From assembly GCA_038046765.1 (NCBI GenBank), contig JBBSVN010000006.1, positions 1-64,000 of the forward strand: 64,000 nucleotides of DNA, given 5' to 3'. The notes beneath the pieces are model-generated. The model was not told the DNA's origin, ran no database searches, and saw nothing but the letters and a program-made list of their open reading frames with translations. The stretch's first letter is position 1. Each line of letters opens with the position of its first letter. Positions 47,186-56,575 of the stretch are shown in pieces. Source of the stretch: Candidatus Micrarchaeota archaeon (lineage in GTDB: Archaea > Micrarchaeota > Micrarchaeia > Anstonellales > Bilamarchaeaceae). The position numbers and the translations under genes are program-made.

Positions 47186-48058
47186 TCACATCGCTATTAA
47201 GAGCTGGAATAAGTCATGTAATGCAGGTGCTAATCCTGCAATTCCAACTACCAAAAACAAATAATTTTTTTCATCCTCTTTCATTTCATTATCATTTACT
47301 ATCAAGTAGGACATTATTATCGCAAATACAACCTTGATAACAAAAAATCCAAGGTTTGAGCCGCTAAATATTTCCAAGGGCTTTGCAACAATTGATAGGG
47401 GCGTGTATATATTACCGGTAGTTTTTGCGTAAATATCGGTCATTACGTAGGTGATTCCCCCATCAAAAGCTTGTGAGAAAATGGGGAGCAAAGCCCATTT
47501 TGTTATTTTGTATTTTTTTATAGCATAGTAAGATATTGCAACAATAGGAAGAACAAGTGTAAAAGCAAGGATTGCATAATTAAAGTTCCTGAACATTCCT
47601 GCAAGAATAATAAAATTAGGGAGCCAAAGTGCATATCCAAAATAAGGTAGCAAATGTGGCTTTCTTATTTTATAAGTAATTAAAAGTGAGGCAATGAACA
47701 GCATAGCTGAGATAATGTAAATGCCCGGACTTACTGTCAAAAATCCATAGTTATAAATGCCGCTTGATTTAACGATGGAATAAATAAAGCCAAAAGAACC
47801 AGATAAATAATTGTCAATAATTCCGTTATTAATCGAATCAGTTATAGCCCTTACTGTAGTTCCAAAAAGGATAAATGGAAGCAAACCTAAAGCGAAATTT
47901 TTATCTACTAGTATGTCTAGTTTTTTTAACAATTTATATATCAGGAACACTGCTGCTATCGCAATAACTGCGTATGTCAAAGTATTAACAATGTTGTAAC
48001 CGGACTGCATCTGAATAGGATCCAAAAAGTATGTGCTGATAAAATCCTTACTTTCCAT
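47186..48058 (-). CDS. DUF63 family archaeal membrane protein
   Basis: GYNIVNTLTYA, PFILFG, SPGIY, DG..T and GLAPA motifs. Confidence 0.82.
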   Translation of the reverse strand: MESKDFISTYFLDPIQMQSGYNIVNTLTYAVIAIAAVFLIYKLLKKLDILVDKNFALGLLPFILFGTTVRAITDSINNGIIDNYLSGSFGFIYSIVKSSGIYNYGFLTVSPGIYIISAMLFIASLLITYKIRKPHLLPYFGYALWLPNFIILAGMFRNFNYAILAFTLVLPIVAISYYAIKKYKITKWALLPIFSQAFDGGITYVMTDIYAKTTGNIYTPLSIVAKPLEIFSGSNLGFFVIKVVFAIIMSYLIVNDNEMKEDEKNYLFLVVGIAGLAPALHDLFQLLIAM

Positions 48059-48060
48059 TT

Positions 48061-48921
48061 TTACTGCACCTTTTTATTTTCCAATACTTTTTTTATGAGT
48101 AACAAAAATGCCCCAACCAGAATCACTGCAAAAATCCAGTCTGGAATTACCTTTGCATATTCAAGAACACTTTTTTGCGTTCCTTGCAAGTAAAGCGCGA
48201 ACTCGATCTGGCTTTCGGTAGCAACAGTAATCTTATTCGTAAATGCAGCGTACAAAGTAAGGATACCCATAAGTATCAGGACCGCACCAGAAACTAAACT
48301 GGTTGAATGAATCGAAACTGATTTTCCAAATAAATTAAAAACGAAATTTCTCCCCTTAATTAAAGGATTTTCTGCAAGCTTATATTTTTCCCATAAAAGT
48401 GCAAGGGCTACAAGCGGTGCAACCATCCCAAAGACATAAGCCCAGCCAAGTAAAAATGCCTGAAAGAATGATGCACTTATAAGACTCAAAGTCATTACGC
48501 CTGCTAAAACAGGAAGACAACAAGAACTTGCAAAGCCTGAAAATAATCCTAGCTGGTAAACGGCAGGGACATCAAGTTTTTGCATGTTTGGTGCTTGTGG
48601 CTTAAATGGCATTGCAAGTGTTTTTCCTGCAAGCGTAAGAGCGCCTACTATAAGTAGAAAAACTCCACCTGCAATAAAAAGCTGAGTATGAAACTGTGTT
48701 GCAAGCTGACCCAGCCCAGCTAACCCAAGGCCAATCGGAATTAGAATTGTTGCAAGCCCCAGCATGAAAACCAGGGTCATTTTTATTATCTGCTTCCGCT
48801 CCTTTAGGATAAATGAAAAATAAGAGGGAAGAAGAAATGTGACACAGCATGGTGCGAAAAATGCAATAGCTCCGCTTAAAAAAGCGGCCAAAACTGTCGC
48901 AGTAAAGAACTCCACAATCAT
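48061..48921 (-). CDS. ccdA: Cytochrome c biogenesis CcdA family protein
   Basis: AFFAPCC..LLPSY and SCCLPVL. Confidence 0.85.
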   Translation of the reverse strand: MIVEFFTATVLAAFLSGAIAFFAPCCVTFLLPSYFSFILKERKQIIKMTLVFMLGLATILIPIGLGLAGLGQLATQFHTQLFIAGGVFLLIVGALTLAGKTLAMPFKPQAPNMQKLDVPAVYQLGLFSGFASSCCLPVLAGVMTLSLISASFFQAFLLGWAYVFGMVAPLVALALLWEKYKLAENPLIKGRNFVFNLFGKSVSIHSTSLVSGAVLILMGILTLYAAFTNKITVATESQIEFALYLQGTQKSVLEYAKVIPDWIFAVILVGAFLLLIKKVLENKKVQ

Positions 48922-48963
48922 CCTAAATCACCTCTTATTTTTAATCTCACTTTATTTACCTGC

Positions 48964-49590
48964 TTAATTTGCTAATGCAGTTTTCATACTGCTTAACACT
49001 TGTGACACTGGAACATACATCGTACCGCTTCCCCCATGATGATTCGATGGGTCTATTGATGCTTTGTAAGCACTATATCTCCACACGATTTTCCCCTCGG
49101 TATCGACAAGGACAAATATGTGTCCCGGACGCTCACCTGGGTGCATACTATCCTTTAATGTATCATAAAGGTTGGAAGCAACAAGGTCGTTATCGTAAAG
49201 CAGCTTACTTGTTATGCCATATTGCATTTTATTCTTAAGAAGTGCTTGCGGCGGATCTACAGTAATCATTACGATTTCTACATTCATCTTGTCAAGTTCG
49301 ACCTTTTGTTTTTCTAAGTCGACCTGCTGCTGCCAGCATGGTGGGCACATTATACCCTCCTGGAAGTACAGAAGAACATTTTTCTTCCCTTTAAGGTCAG
49401 ATAATTTAAAGGTTCCACCTTCAACTGTCGGCAAGGTAAAATCAGGCGCAATGCTCCCAACATTATATTTCACATTAGCATCCGAACTGCCAGCATTACT
49501 AGTACCTAATAAGCCATAACCTATGAATGCAATAAGCAAAAGTATGCCAACAAAAGGCAAAGATTTTATTAAAACGTCTTTTATCTCCAT
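48964..49590 (-). CDS. Membrane-anchored AhpC/TSA (TlpA/peroxiredoxin-like) redoxin
   Basis: APDFTLP, LSDLKGK, CPPC and VLVDTEGKI motifs. Confidence 0.85.
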   Translation of the reverse strand: MEIKDVLIKSLPFVGILLLIAFIGYGLLGTSNAGSSDANVKYNVGSIAPDFTLPTVEGGTFKLSDLKGKKNVLLYFQEGIMCPPCWQQQVDLEKQKVELDKMNVEIVMITVDPPQALLKNKMQYGITSKLLYDNDLVASNLYDTLKDSMHPGERPGHIFVLVDTEGKIVWRYSAYKASIDPSNHHGGSGTMYVPVSQVLSSMKTALAN

Positions 49591-49599
49591 AGTTTCACC

Positions 49600-49740
49600 T
49601 CAAAATCCAAATACAGTGGTTTCCGGATGCATTGCTTTTTGCATTGCAATGTAACCAACGATTAATACCAATACCCAGAAACCATTCTCTATCCACCCTT
49701 TATATTTTTCAAAAAATGGTTTGATTGCCTTTAATGGCAT
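49600..49740 (-). CDS. Small single-TM protein (46 aa)
   Basis: Not in ORF track; MPLKAIKPFFEKYKGWIENGFWVLVLIVGYIAMQKAMHPETTVFGF fills the operon gap; GGTGG upstream. Confidence 0.55.
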   Translation of the reverse strand: MPLKAIKPFFEKYKGWIENGFWVLVLIVGYIAMQKAMHPETTVFGF

Positions 49741-49997
49741 TTTTGACCACCTTCAGTTTTTGCTTCTGTGTTTGCAGAAGTTACATTTTGCTCGTCCTTT
49801 GGCTTACCTAAAAACATCATCAGGGCATGTGTTCCAACGCAAAGTACCAGTGCAAGTGGAAAGACCCACCATCCTTTAAGCCCGATGAACTGCAACCCGA
49901 ATATCAAGACTACGGGCAATGCACAACAAACTGCCATTGCAGCAAGATGATTTTTTCTTAGGTAATTTAAAATTTTCTGAATCAACAAAATCACCAT
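49731..49997 (-). CDS. Small 2-TM protein, DUF2933-like
   Basis: H...M..CC..P and C...H.LMM motifs; C-terminal CH. Confidence 0.7.
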   Translation of the reverse strand: MVILLIQKILNYLRKNHLAAMAVCCALPVVLIFGLQFIGLKGWWVFPLALVLCVGTHALMMFLGKPKDEQNVTSANTEAKTEGGQKCH

Positions 49998-50006
49998 TTT
50001 AAAAAT

Positions 50007-50306
50007 TTATTTTTTTATGAAATTCGATATGTCCTGCCCTGTTGCCTGCTTGAAAGTTGCAGGGTTGACAAACGGATAACACTGCCCATACTTGTCAGGA
50101 TGGTGGCTTAAGTGTTCTACATTTTTCAGGTCAGTTATATCACCGCATTCACTTGGAACGTTTGCAACTGCTAATTGTACATTTTGTAAGGCATCTTTGC
50201 TTCCGCTACTTTCAATTGAAGTTTGTACGGCAAACACGCCATAAGCTGTAAATGCAAGTACCAGTACAACAATAGCCAATGCAAGGTATATCATTTTTTT
50301 ATCCAT
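50007..50306 (-). CDS. Secreted/anchored small protein with HLSHH motif
   Basis: Signal/TM helix, C...HLSHHP....C. Confidence 0.72.
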   Translation of the reverse strand: MDKKMIYLALAIVVLVLAFTAYGVFAVQTSIESSGSKDALQNVQLAVANVPSECGDITDLKNVEHLSHHPDKYGQCYPFVNPATFKQATGQDISNFIKK

Positions 50307-50337
50307 AAGATCACCATTTTAGTTTTCACCCTACTTT

Positions 50338-51108
50338 TTACATTCCGGGATTTTGGAATGGAATTAATTTATACAAAAGGCTAACCAAAGAAAGGTAATT
50401 GCCGCTAAGGAGCAATATGCCAATCGCAAGGAAAACCAAGCCTACGATGAGGTTTACTTTTTTGATGTTAGATGAAACCCATCTAAGGTGCTCAAGTGCC
50501 CTTGAAAGGAAAATTCCGCTAACTAAAAATGCAAGACCAAGGCCAAGGGAAAAACTTAACATTACCAAACTCCCTCCAAGGAAATCTTTTGCAGTTGCTG
50601 CAAGCATAAGTGAAGGAATCAATGTCGGCGAAATGCAATGTGAACAGACAAGTGTAAAGAACAATCCAACAACAAAAACACCCGTGTATGAAAGCGTGCC
50701 GTCTTTTGACTTCCACCTTTGCGTTACCTTTGAAATTATGGAATCATCTGAAAACACGCCTATTTTCCAAAGAATGCTTTTTATTATTCCCAGGTAATAA
50801 AGCCCCAGAACAACAAAAAGAACACCCGCCAAAATGCTTGCGACATCAAAGAATTTACTTGCAAATGATGCTGTTATTGCTGCTGCAAAGCCGCCCATCA
50901 GGGAAAAAACAATAGTAAATGACGCGATAAATACGAGCGTCTTTAGAAAGACCTGTTTTCTTATTGAAGCTATATTTCCATTTTTTAAAAGAACATCCAG
51001 ATTGAATCCGGTTATCGTAGTCAGATAAACCATTATCATTGGAATAATACATGGCGAAAAAAATGAGATTACTCCTGTAATAAAGGCAAAAATTAATTCA
51101 AAACCCAT
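50338..51108 (-). CDS. ccdA: Cytochrome c biogenesis CcdA family protein
   Basis: SFFSPCIIPM..YL and HCISPTL. Confidence 0.85.
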   Translation of the reverse strand: MGFELIFAFITGVISFFSPCIIPMIMVYLTTITGFNLDVLLKNGNIASIRKQVFLKTLVFIASFTIVFSLMGGFAAAITASFASKFFDVASILAGVLFVVLGLYYLGIIKSILWKIGVFSDDSIISKVTQRWKSKDGTLSYTGVFVVGLFFTLVCSHCISPTLIPSLMLAATAKDFLGGSLVMLSFSLGLGLAFLVSGIFLSRALEHLRWVSSNIKKVNLIVGLVFLAIGILLLSGNYLSLVSLLYKLIPFQNPGM

Positions 51109-51204
51109 GCAGTTTCACCTCTTTTTTTCTCGCACGAAATATCGGGTTGGAAGATATAACCCCAGATCCAAAACCCTAACCCCAAAACTCAAAACACTAA
51201 TCTC

Positions 51205-51426
51205 CTAACATCCCCCTACCTGTGCCGGAGGCAGATTTGCATTCGTTTTTGGAATTTGTACGGCTACTTGTGTTGCAGGAGCATTAGAGCCTGAAGCAAC
51301 AGAATTACCTTGTGCATTCAACCTCCCTGCAATAATATTTCCCAATCCAAGAAGCTGAACTGTTTGCAGCGCGAATATCGCGAACACAACTACCCCGATT
51401 ATAACAAAGACCATTTCTTTTTCCAT
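51205..51426 (-). CDS. Small anchored protein ending QVGGC
   Basis: GAGGTGA SD, TM helix, flexible linker, C-terminal PAQVGGC. Confidence 0.75.
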   Translation of the reverse strand: MEKEMVFVIIGVVVFAIFALQTVQLLGLGNIIAGRLNAQGNSVASGSNAPATQVAVQIPKTNANLPPAQVGGC

Positions 51427-51457
51427 TTTTGTTCACCTCAGATTTTGAATTTTGAAA

Positions 51458-52270
51458 TTAGCACCCACCTACTTGTTGTGCCGCGCCACTTCCGCTTGCA
51501 ACTACCGAAGCGCCATTTTCAATTCCTCTGTACTTGTTTGAAGCCAGGTTTACGTAATTAAACTCAATTCCCTGTTGCTTAAGTACTGCAGCTTTTTGAA
51601 CAAGCGGACCTGGGAAAAATAATGTTTTCCATTTGGCCATCTCTTCAAGAATTTGCATGTCAGTATACTCCTTACCGTGGTTCTTTATCAGATATTTTCC
51701 TAGTCCCCTCATTGCATAACTGTGTGCGCATCCACATGCAGGCTGACCATTACTATTAACTAAAGTTGTCGCCCCACAACAATATTCGCATGCAATGGAA
51801 GACGCAATTAAAACATATCTCTTAAGGTCTTCGCCCTGTAAAACAATTCCGTCATCAAATGAAGCGAGTTTATTTATTGTCTGCTGTGTCAAAGTAGGAT
51901 TTGCTTCTGAGATATCATCATACTTTATCCCAAGTTCAGCGCCATATATTGCAGGAATCCCTTTTGGCAGGATTTCCAATGTACTTTGCGCTGTCTGTGA
52001 TGATGATGCACTTTGACCGTTACCAGAACCCTGTGCATTTGTAGATGCCCCGGCAGCATAAGAAGTTGCTGAAGGATTAAACCCAACTGAAGCAGGAGTT
52101 GCATAAATCCCAAGAATTAACATCTGATTTATTCCTGCAAGTACAGCTAGTGCAATTAGTATCCCAAAAAGTGCCTTGGAATAAAATGACCATTGTTGAT
52201 CTTTTGGTTCTACCCTACGTACACCTTCTTCCTCATTAAACTCCTCATCAACTTTTTCTGCTTTGACCAT
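51458..52270 (-). CDS. Anchored protein with CEYCC...CGCAH motif ending QVGGC
   Basis: AGGTGA SD before ATG 52270; TM helix; Cys cluster. Confidence 0.8.
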   Translation of the reverse strand: MVKAEKVDEEFNEEEGVRRVEPKDQQWSFYSKALFGILIALAVLAGINQMLILGIYATPASVGFNPSATSYAAGASTNAQGSGNGQSASSSQTAQSTLEILPKGIPAIYGAELGIKYDDISEANPTLTQQTINKLASFDDGIVLQGEDLKRYVLIASSIACEYCCGATTLVNSNGQPACGCAHSYAMRGLGKYLIKNHGKEYTDMQILEEMAKWKTLFFPGPLVQKAAVLKQQGIEFNYVNLASNKYRGIENGASVVASGSGAAQQVGGC

Positions 52271-52280
52271 CAGTTCACCT

Positions 52281-52364
52281 TTTATTATTTTGTAAGATTT
52301 ACAAACTATGTAATACTTAAACATATCTATTTTTAAACCTTTGTAAGCCTTATATATTTTGTAA
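52281..52364. promoter_or_regulatory. Putative BlaI/CopY-type operator array
   Basis: Four 15-mers ending TGTAA (52281, 52299, 52332, 52350); best is the palindrome TTACA-N5-TGTAA at 52299-52313. Confidence 0.55.
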
Positions 52365-52384
52365 AGCTTTACCGATATAAAGCT

Positions 52385-52747
52385 GTGAAAAATATGTTAT
52401 CAAAAGGCGTATTAGACGATTTAAGTCCCTTGGAAGCACAAGTCATAAATGTATTTATAAACGGGGGAAAAATGAAAGTACGGGACATTTATTCTATAAT
52501 ATCTAAAAAACAAAAAGTGGTGCTTACAAGTATTGCAGTTATGCTTGACAGATTATATGAGAAAAAATTAGTTGACAGAGAAATTGAAACATGCAGGGGA
52601 GGAACACGTTACATATATTTTTTAAGAACGACTCCGGAACAAATAGAAGAAGACCACATGAAAAAACATGTAGATACGCTTATAAGTAAGTTTGGAGATA
52701 AAGCATTATCATATTTTCATAAAAGATTTTCAGAAGTGAAAAAATGA
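52385..52747 (+). CDS. BlaI/MecI/CopY family repressor
   Basis: LSPLEAQVI, TSIAVMLDRLYEKKLVDR and LISKFG motifs. Confidence 0.88.
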   Translation: MKNMLSKGVLDDLSPLEAQVINVFINGGKMKVRDIYSIISKKQKVVLTSIAVMLDRLYEKKLVDREIETCRGGTRYIYFLRTTPEQIEEDHMKKHVDTLISKFGDKALSYFHKRFSEVKK

Positions 52748-53475
52748 ACAGTTATGCTAATGAATTATCCTGTATAATCGGGTCTTGTTTAAGCACTTTT
52801 TTAAATAACCCGATAGGCATAGGGTCGGTGCTGCTCTTTGGATCGCTTACGATATTTTCTATTTTCAAAATAGCAAAGGCAAACGGAATAAGATCTAAAA
52901 TTAAATGGTCTTATCCCCTTGTATTTAGTTTTCTTTTCCTGATTTCGTATTTCGCATTTTCTATGACGTGCCATGCAAGCGTGCCATTTTGCACCAGCCA
53001 TGCAGCATTTTACAGCATCCCATTATCAATAATAGGTTCAGTATTGTTCGGATATGTCCTTCTGCCAAAAGCATATTTATTTTTGAGTAAAACATTTATA
53101 TCAAAGAAGCTATCGCTTGAATTGCCGTCTTACGTACCGGTTTATATTGCAAACTCCGGCAAACCATTCGCATATTCATACAAGGGATTTGGAAAATGGA
53201 TCGTAATTTCACAGGCAATGATCGATATACTTACAAAAAAAGAACTACAAGCGGTGTTGCTTCACGAGTACGGCCATTTATTAAATAATTCTTCAATTTA
53301 TAAGGGAACAAGTTGGGCATATTCAAAGGTTCCGATCATTCAGGCATTTTTCAATCCCCGTGTACTTGAGAACGAGGAAGAGAACAGGGCAGACTTATTT
53401 TCTATAAAAACACAGGGAACTAAGAGATATCTTAATGCTGCAAAAAGAAAAGTAAAGGATTATTTTGGTTGTTAA
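52744..53475 (+). CDS. M56/M48-family membrane Zn metallopeptidase (BlaR1-like, no sensor domain)
   Basis: TM helices, ELQAVLLHEYGH and EENRAD; ATGA overlap with the repressor. Confidence 0.85.
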   Translation: MNSYANELSCIIGSCLSTFLNNPIGIGSVLLFGSLTIFSIFKIAKANGIRSKIKWSYPLVFSFLFLISYFAFSMTCHASVPFCTSHAAFYSIPLSIIGSVLFGYVLLPKAYLFLSKTFISKKLSLELPSYVPVYIANSGKPFAYSYKGFGKWIVISQAMIDILTKKELQAVLLHEYGHLLNNSSIYKGTSWAYSKVPIIQAFFNPRVLENEEENRADLFSIKTQGTKRYLNAAKRKVKDYFGC

Positions 53476-53511
53476 AGATACGAAGACTTTTGCAAGAATA
53501 AAAAGGACAGG

Positions 53512-54294
53512 ATGATAAAAAACGGTGAAAATTTGAATATTTCGCCCACAAAAACTCGAAGCAGCGTGCCTGACCGATGCTGGGAAATAGACGTAATCCG
53601 AGGTCTTGGAATATTAATGATGATTGTTTTTCATTTTTTCTTTGATCTTGATTATTTTAATCTTTTAAAAAATGATATGTATTCTAGCTCATGGCTGGTT
53701 TTTCAGAGGACAACTGCAACAATGATTCTTCTTGTTGTAGGAATTTGCCTTGCCCTCTGCTATAATAAGCATAATGGTGAGAAAGATCTTTTTGAAAAAT
53801 ATTACCTTAAAAGAGGGTTGTTACTTTTCCTAATCGCCTTACTAATCACTATTGGAACATGGATATACCCAAATAAAGGTTTTATCATCTTTGGAGTAAT
53901 ACATTTTATTGCGTTGTCTACTATCACAGGATATTTCTTCCTTCGATTTTTCTATCTTAATCTGGTTTTGGGTATTTGGGTTATTTTTGCTGGGCTAGAA
54001 ATGGGAAAAATTACAGTAAGTACAAATTTACTTATCTGGCTTGGTTTATCCTATCCAGGTTTTTATGCTCTTGATTATTTTCCAGTGTTCCCCTGGTTTG
54101 GCATCATTCTAATTGGTATTTTCATTGGAAAATATTTTTACAAAGACAACAAAAGCATTTTTGGATTAGACCATGGTAAAAATTTCATTATTAATTCCAT
54201 GAATTATCTTGGAAGAAATTCTATTAAAATCTACCTTGTTCACCAACCTATTTTGATAACAATAATCCAGACTTATTTGTATTTAATAAACTAG
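53512..54294 (+). CDS. DUF1624 / heparan-alpha-glucosaminide N-acetyltransferase-like membrane protein
   Basis: EIDVIRGLGI..M...H, FGVIH, DYFPVFPW and GRNS..IYLVHQP motifs. Confidence 0.88.
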   Translation: MIKNGENLNISPTKTRSSVPDRCWEIDVIRGLGILMMIVFHFFFDLDYFNLLKNDMYSSSWLVFQRTTATMILLVVGICLALCYNKHNGEKDLFEKYYLKRGLLLFLIALLITIGTWIYPNKGFIIFGVIHFIALSTITGYFFLRFFYLNLVLGIWVIFAGLEMGKITVSTNLLIWLGLSYPGFYALDYFPVFPWFGIILIGIFIGKYFYKDNKSIFGLDHGKNFIINSMNYLGRNSIKIYLVHQPILITIIQTYLYLIN

Positions 54295-54343
54295 CTTTTT
54301 TACGGTTTCAATTTGTTTCAATTTATTTGGTGCTGACGAACTA

Positions 54344-54493
54344 TCAAAGCACATTATGGTACACTACCTTAGTTCCAAAAGTAAGCGGAATATTAAATAT
54401 TGAAAACAAGAAGAGTGTAACAAATAATAAAAATAATGACGACAAAAGAATCAAAATAACGATTAAAGCAATCTCGTTAATAGAATACTCCAT
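54344..54493 (-). CDS. Possible small membrane protein (49 aa)
   Basis: MEYSINEIALIVILILLSSLFLLFV..., directly downstream of the HTH gene. Confidence 0.35.
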   Translation of the reverse strand: MEYSINEIALIVILILLSSLFLLFVTLFLFSIFNIPLTFGTKVVYHNVL

Positions 54494-54501
54494 ACAAAAG
54501 C

Positions 54502-54771
54502 CTATTTTTCGCCAAATTCCTTTAAAATTTTCAGTCCTTCTTTTGTTAATATAAGATAATGGGGTTTGCCCATCGGATTTAATATTGAGAGGTATTTTTC
54601 CTGAATTAAAAGGTCTACATGCTTCTTAATTGCGACAGAGCTTACTCCCAACTTTTGAGAAATTATGTTTATGTAGCATGGATCATGCTGGCGTTCACAG
54701 TCTGCAATAATTTTTATTATTTTAACCCGCATATCAGCGCCTTTGCTCCAGTAGAACAGAATCGTATTCAT
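54502..54771 (-). CDS. ArsR-like wHTH regulator
   Basis: RVKIIK...INIISQKLGVSSVAIKKHVDLL...LTKEG. Confidence 0.8.
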   Translation of the reverse strand: MNTILFYWSKGADMRVKIIKIIADCERQHDPCYINIISQKLGVSSVAIKKHVDLLIQEKYLSILNPMGKPHYLILTKEGLKILKEFGEK

Positions 54772-55064
54772 TCCAATCTTTCCCTGATTGATTTCATTTC
54801 TCTATATATTCCATAGCAGGCTACTGCAAAAACTAAAGCCCCGATTATTTCCCCAAATTCCTGTATGAATGCAAGTAGTTCATTATTGACTGTGCTAAAT
54901 GGCCAGAAAATCTTAAGCACATGCGTAATCAGAAAAGAGAATGTTGCAACACAAAAAGAAAGCCAAAACCATTTTCTGTCTGTTTCAAGATAGAGCTTAA
55001 TCGAGAAAATAAATGCAATAAAGAAACCAAGTGTTGCAACATGTGTAATCAGTTCAATCGTCAT
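54768..55064 (-). CDS. 3-TM membrane protein
   Basis: Hydrophobic, His/Glu within TMs; ATGA overlap with the HTH gene. Confidence 0.7.
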   Translation of the reverse strand: MTIELITHVATLGFFIAFIFSIKLYLETDRKWFWLSFCVATFSFLITHVLKIFWPFSTVNNELLAFIQEFGEIIGALVFAVACYGIYREMKSIRERLE

Positions 55065-55121
55065 CTTTCCACCTTTAGCTATTTCTATTCCATAATACTG
55101 GCGAAGGTTTATAAATATTAT

Positions 55122-55139
55122 TAAATTAAGGTTAATTTA
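55122..55139. promoter_or_regulatory. Palindromic operator candidate
   Basis: TAAATTAA-GG-TTAATTTA in the divergent promoter; GTTAAT repeated at 11-bp spacing. Confidence 0.4.
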
Positions 55140-55176
55140 GAGTTAATATAATGTTAATGTAAACAAAGTAAATCTG

Positions 55177-55710
55177 GTGATTTATATAAATAAGAATATT
55201 ATCTATGCATTTGGAGTAATCCTAATAGTCGGAGTTATTTTTCTTATTTCTGGGCAGAGTAATTCGAACGATCAAATACTTGTTTTTAATGCCACGTCTC
55301 CCTATATAGTTCCAAAAACCGCGATTCACTGGCATCCTTTACTTAAGATTACTACAAATGGCAAAGAACAATTCATTCCCGAAAACATAGGAGTTAATAT
55401 AGGAAACATTTTGGATTCTTATTTGGGCGGAGGTATGTCTCCTTTGCATACGCATTCGGGGGCAAATGATTACAATTCTGATGGTCGTGTTTTACACCTT
55501 GAAAATTCCAATCCAAGCAAAAAACCAGAAACTCTTACGCTTGGATATTTCTTTAAGGTTTGGGGGAAAACGTTTAACAGTACCTGCATTCTTGATAAAT
55601 GCAATTCCGCAAATCAGACTGTAAAAATGTTCGTAAATGGCAAGCAAAACTATGATTATCAGAACTACTTTTTGAGACAGAATGACAAGGTCGAAATAAA
55701 ATTTGAGTAG
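55177..55710 (+). CDS. Secreted/anchored His-motif protein
   Basis: IHWHP, IPENIG, PLHTH, LHLE, TLGYFF..WG and MFVNG motifs. Confidence 0.75.
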   Translation: MIYINKNIIYAFGVILIVGVIFLISGQSNSNDQILVFNATSPYIVPKTAIHWHPLLKITTNGKEQFIPENIGVNIGNILDSYLGGGMSPLHTHSGANDYNSDGRVLHLENSNPSKKPETLTLGYFFKVWGKTFNSTCILDKCNSANQTVKMFVNGKQNYDYQNYFLRQNDKVEIKFE

Positions 55711-55720
55711 GTGAAAAGAA

Positions 55721-56569
55721 ATGGAAGACAAATCAGATACAAGAATTAATATGAAAAGAGATGAAGACAAAATAACCCTTAGCAAATCTACGGTTTATTT
55801 AGGTGTTATAGGAATTTTAGTTCTTATACTTTTTGCATCCGTATTTACGCAAGGGTTTGGAATTATAAAACAACCTGCCGCATCGATTGGTTCTTCTGTA
55901 CCAACAGTAACCGGAGGGAATAATGTGCCTAGCAATGCACCTAGCGTTCCAAGGCCACAACCTACAACAGTACAGGCTGCCCCAAACGGAAATGGTGCTT
56001 TAATCGATTCCCTAATTGATGATGACATTCGGGTTGGTTCTGATAATGCATCTGTTGTAGTTGTAGAATTTAGCGATTTCCAATGCCCATTTTGTAGAAA
56101 ATGGTGGAGAGAAAGTTTTTCCAGTTTGCAAAACGAATATATTAAAACCGGCAAAGTGCAGTTCGTATACCGGGATTTCCCTTTAAATTTTCATCCCGCC
56201 GCCATTAAAATGGCAGAAGGTGCTGAATGTGCACGTGACCAGGCAAAATGGGAACAGATGCACGATAAAATATTTATAGAACAGGACAAGCAAGGACAGG
56301 GGACTATACAATTTACTGGAGACGGAAGCAATGAAATTAAAAAATGGGCTTCTGAAATAAGCGGAATGGATGCAACAAAGTTCAATTCCTGCCTTGATTC
56401 TGGAAAGTACACACAGGAAGTACAAAAGGACTTTGCAGATGGAACACAAGTTGGTGTAAGCGGGACTCCTTCATTCTACATTGGAAAAAGAGGAGGGCAG
56501 GCACAAAATATTGTCGGGGCACAGCCATATTCTGCTTTAAAGCAGACAATCGATCAGTTACTTAAGTGA
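55721..56569 (+). CDS. dsbA: DsbA-family thiol-disulfide oxidoreductase
   Basis: EFSDFQCPFC, YRDFPL, GVSGTP and GAQPY motifs. Confidence 0.92.
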   Translation: MEDKSDTRINMKRDEDKITLSKSTVYLGVIGILVLILFASVFTQGFGIIKQPAASIGSSVPTVTGGNNVPSNAPSVPRPQPTTVQAAPNGNGALIDSLIDDDIRVGSDNASVVVVEFSDFQCPFCRKWWRESFSSLQNEYIKTGKVQFVYRDFPLNFHPAAIKMAEGAECARDQAKWEQMHDKIFIEQDKQGQGTIQFTGDGSNEIKKWASEISGMDATKFNSCLDSGKYTQEVQKDFADGTQVGVSGTPSFYIGKRGGQAQNIVGAQPYSALKQTIDQLLK

Positions 56570-56575
56570 AGGCCT

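Noticed and set aside
51130..51200. G-run tract on the minus strand (GGGGTTAGGGTTTTGG...GGGG), G4/telomere-like
   Set aside because: Single short instance with one run of only two G; more simply a spacer or terminator.
51205..52270. Selenoprotein-like or ubiquitin-like C-termini (GGC)
   Set aside because: Stops are TAG/TAA, not TGA, and there is no beta-grasp domain.
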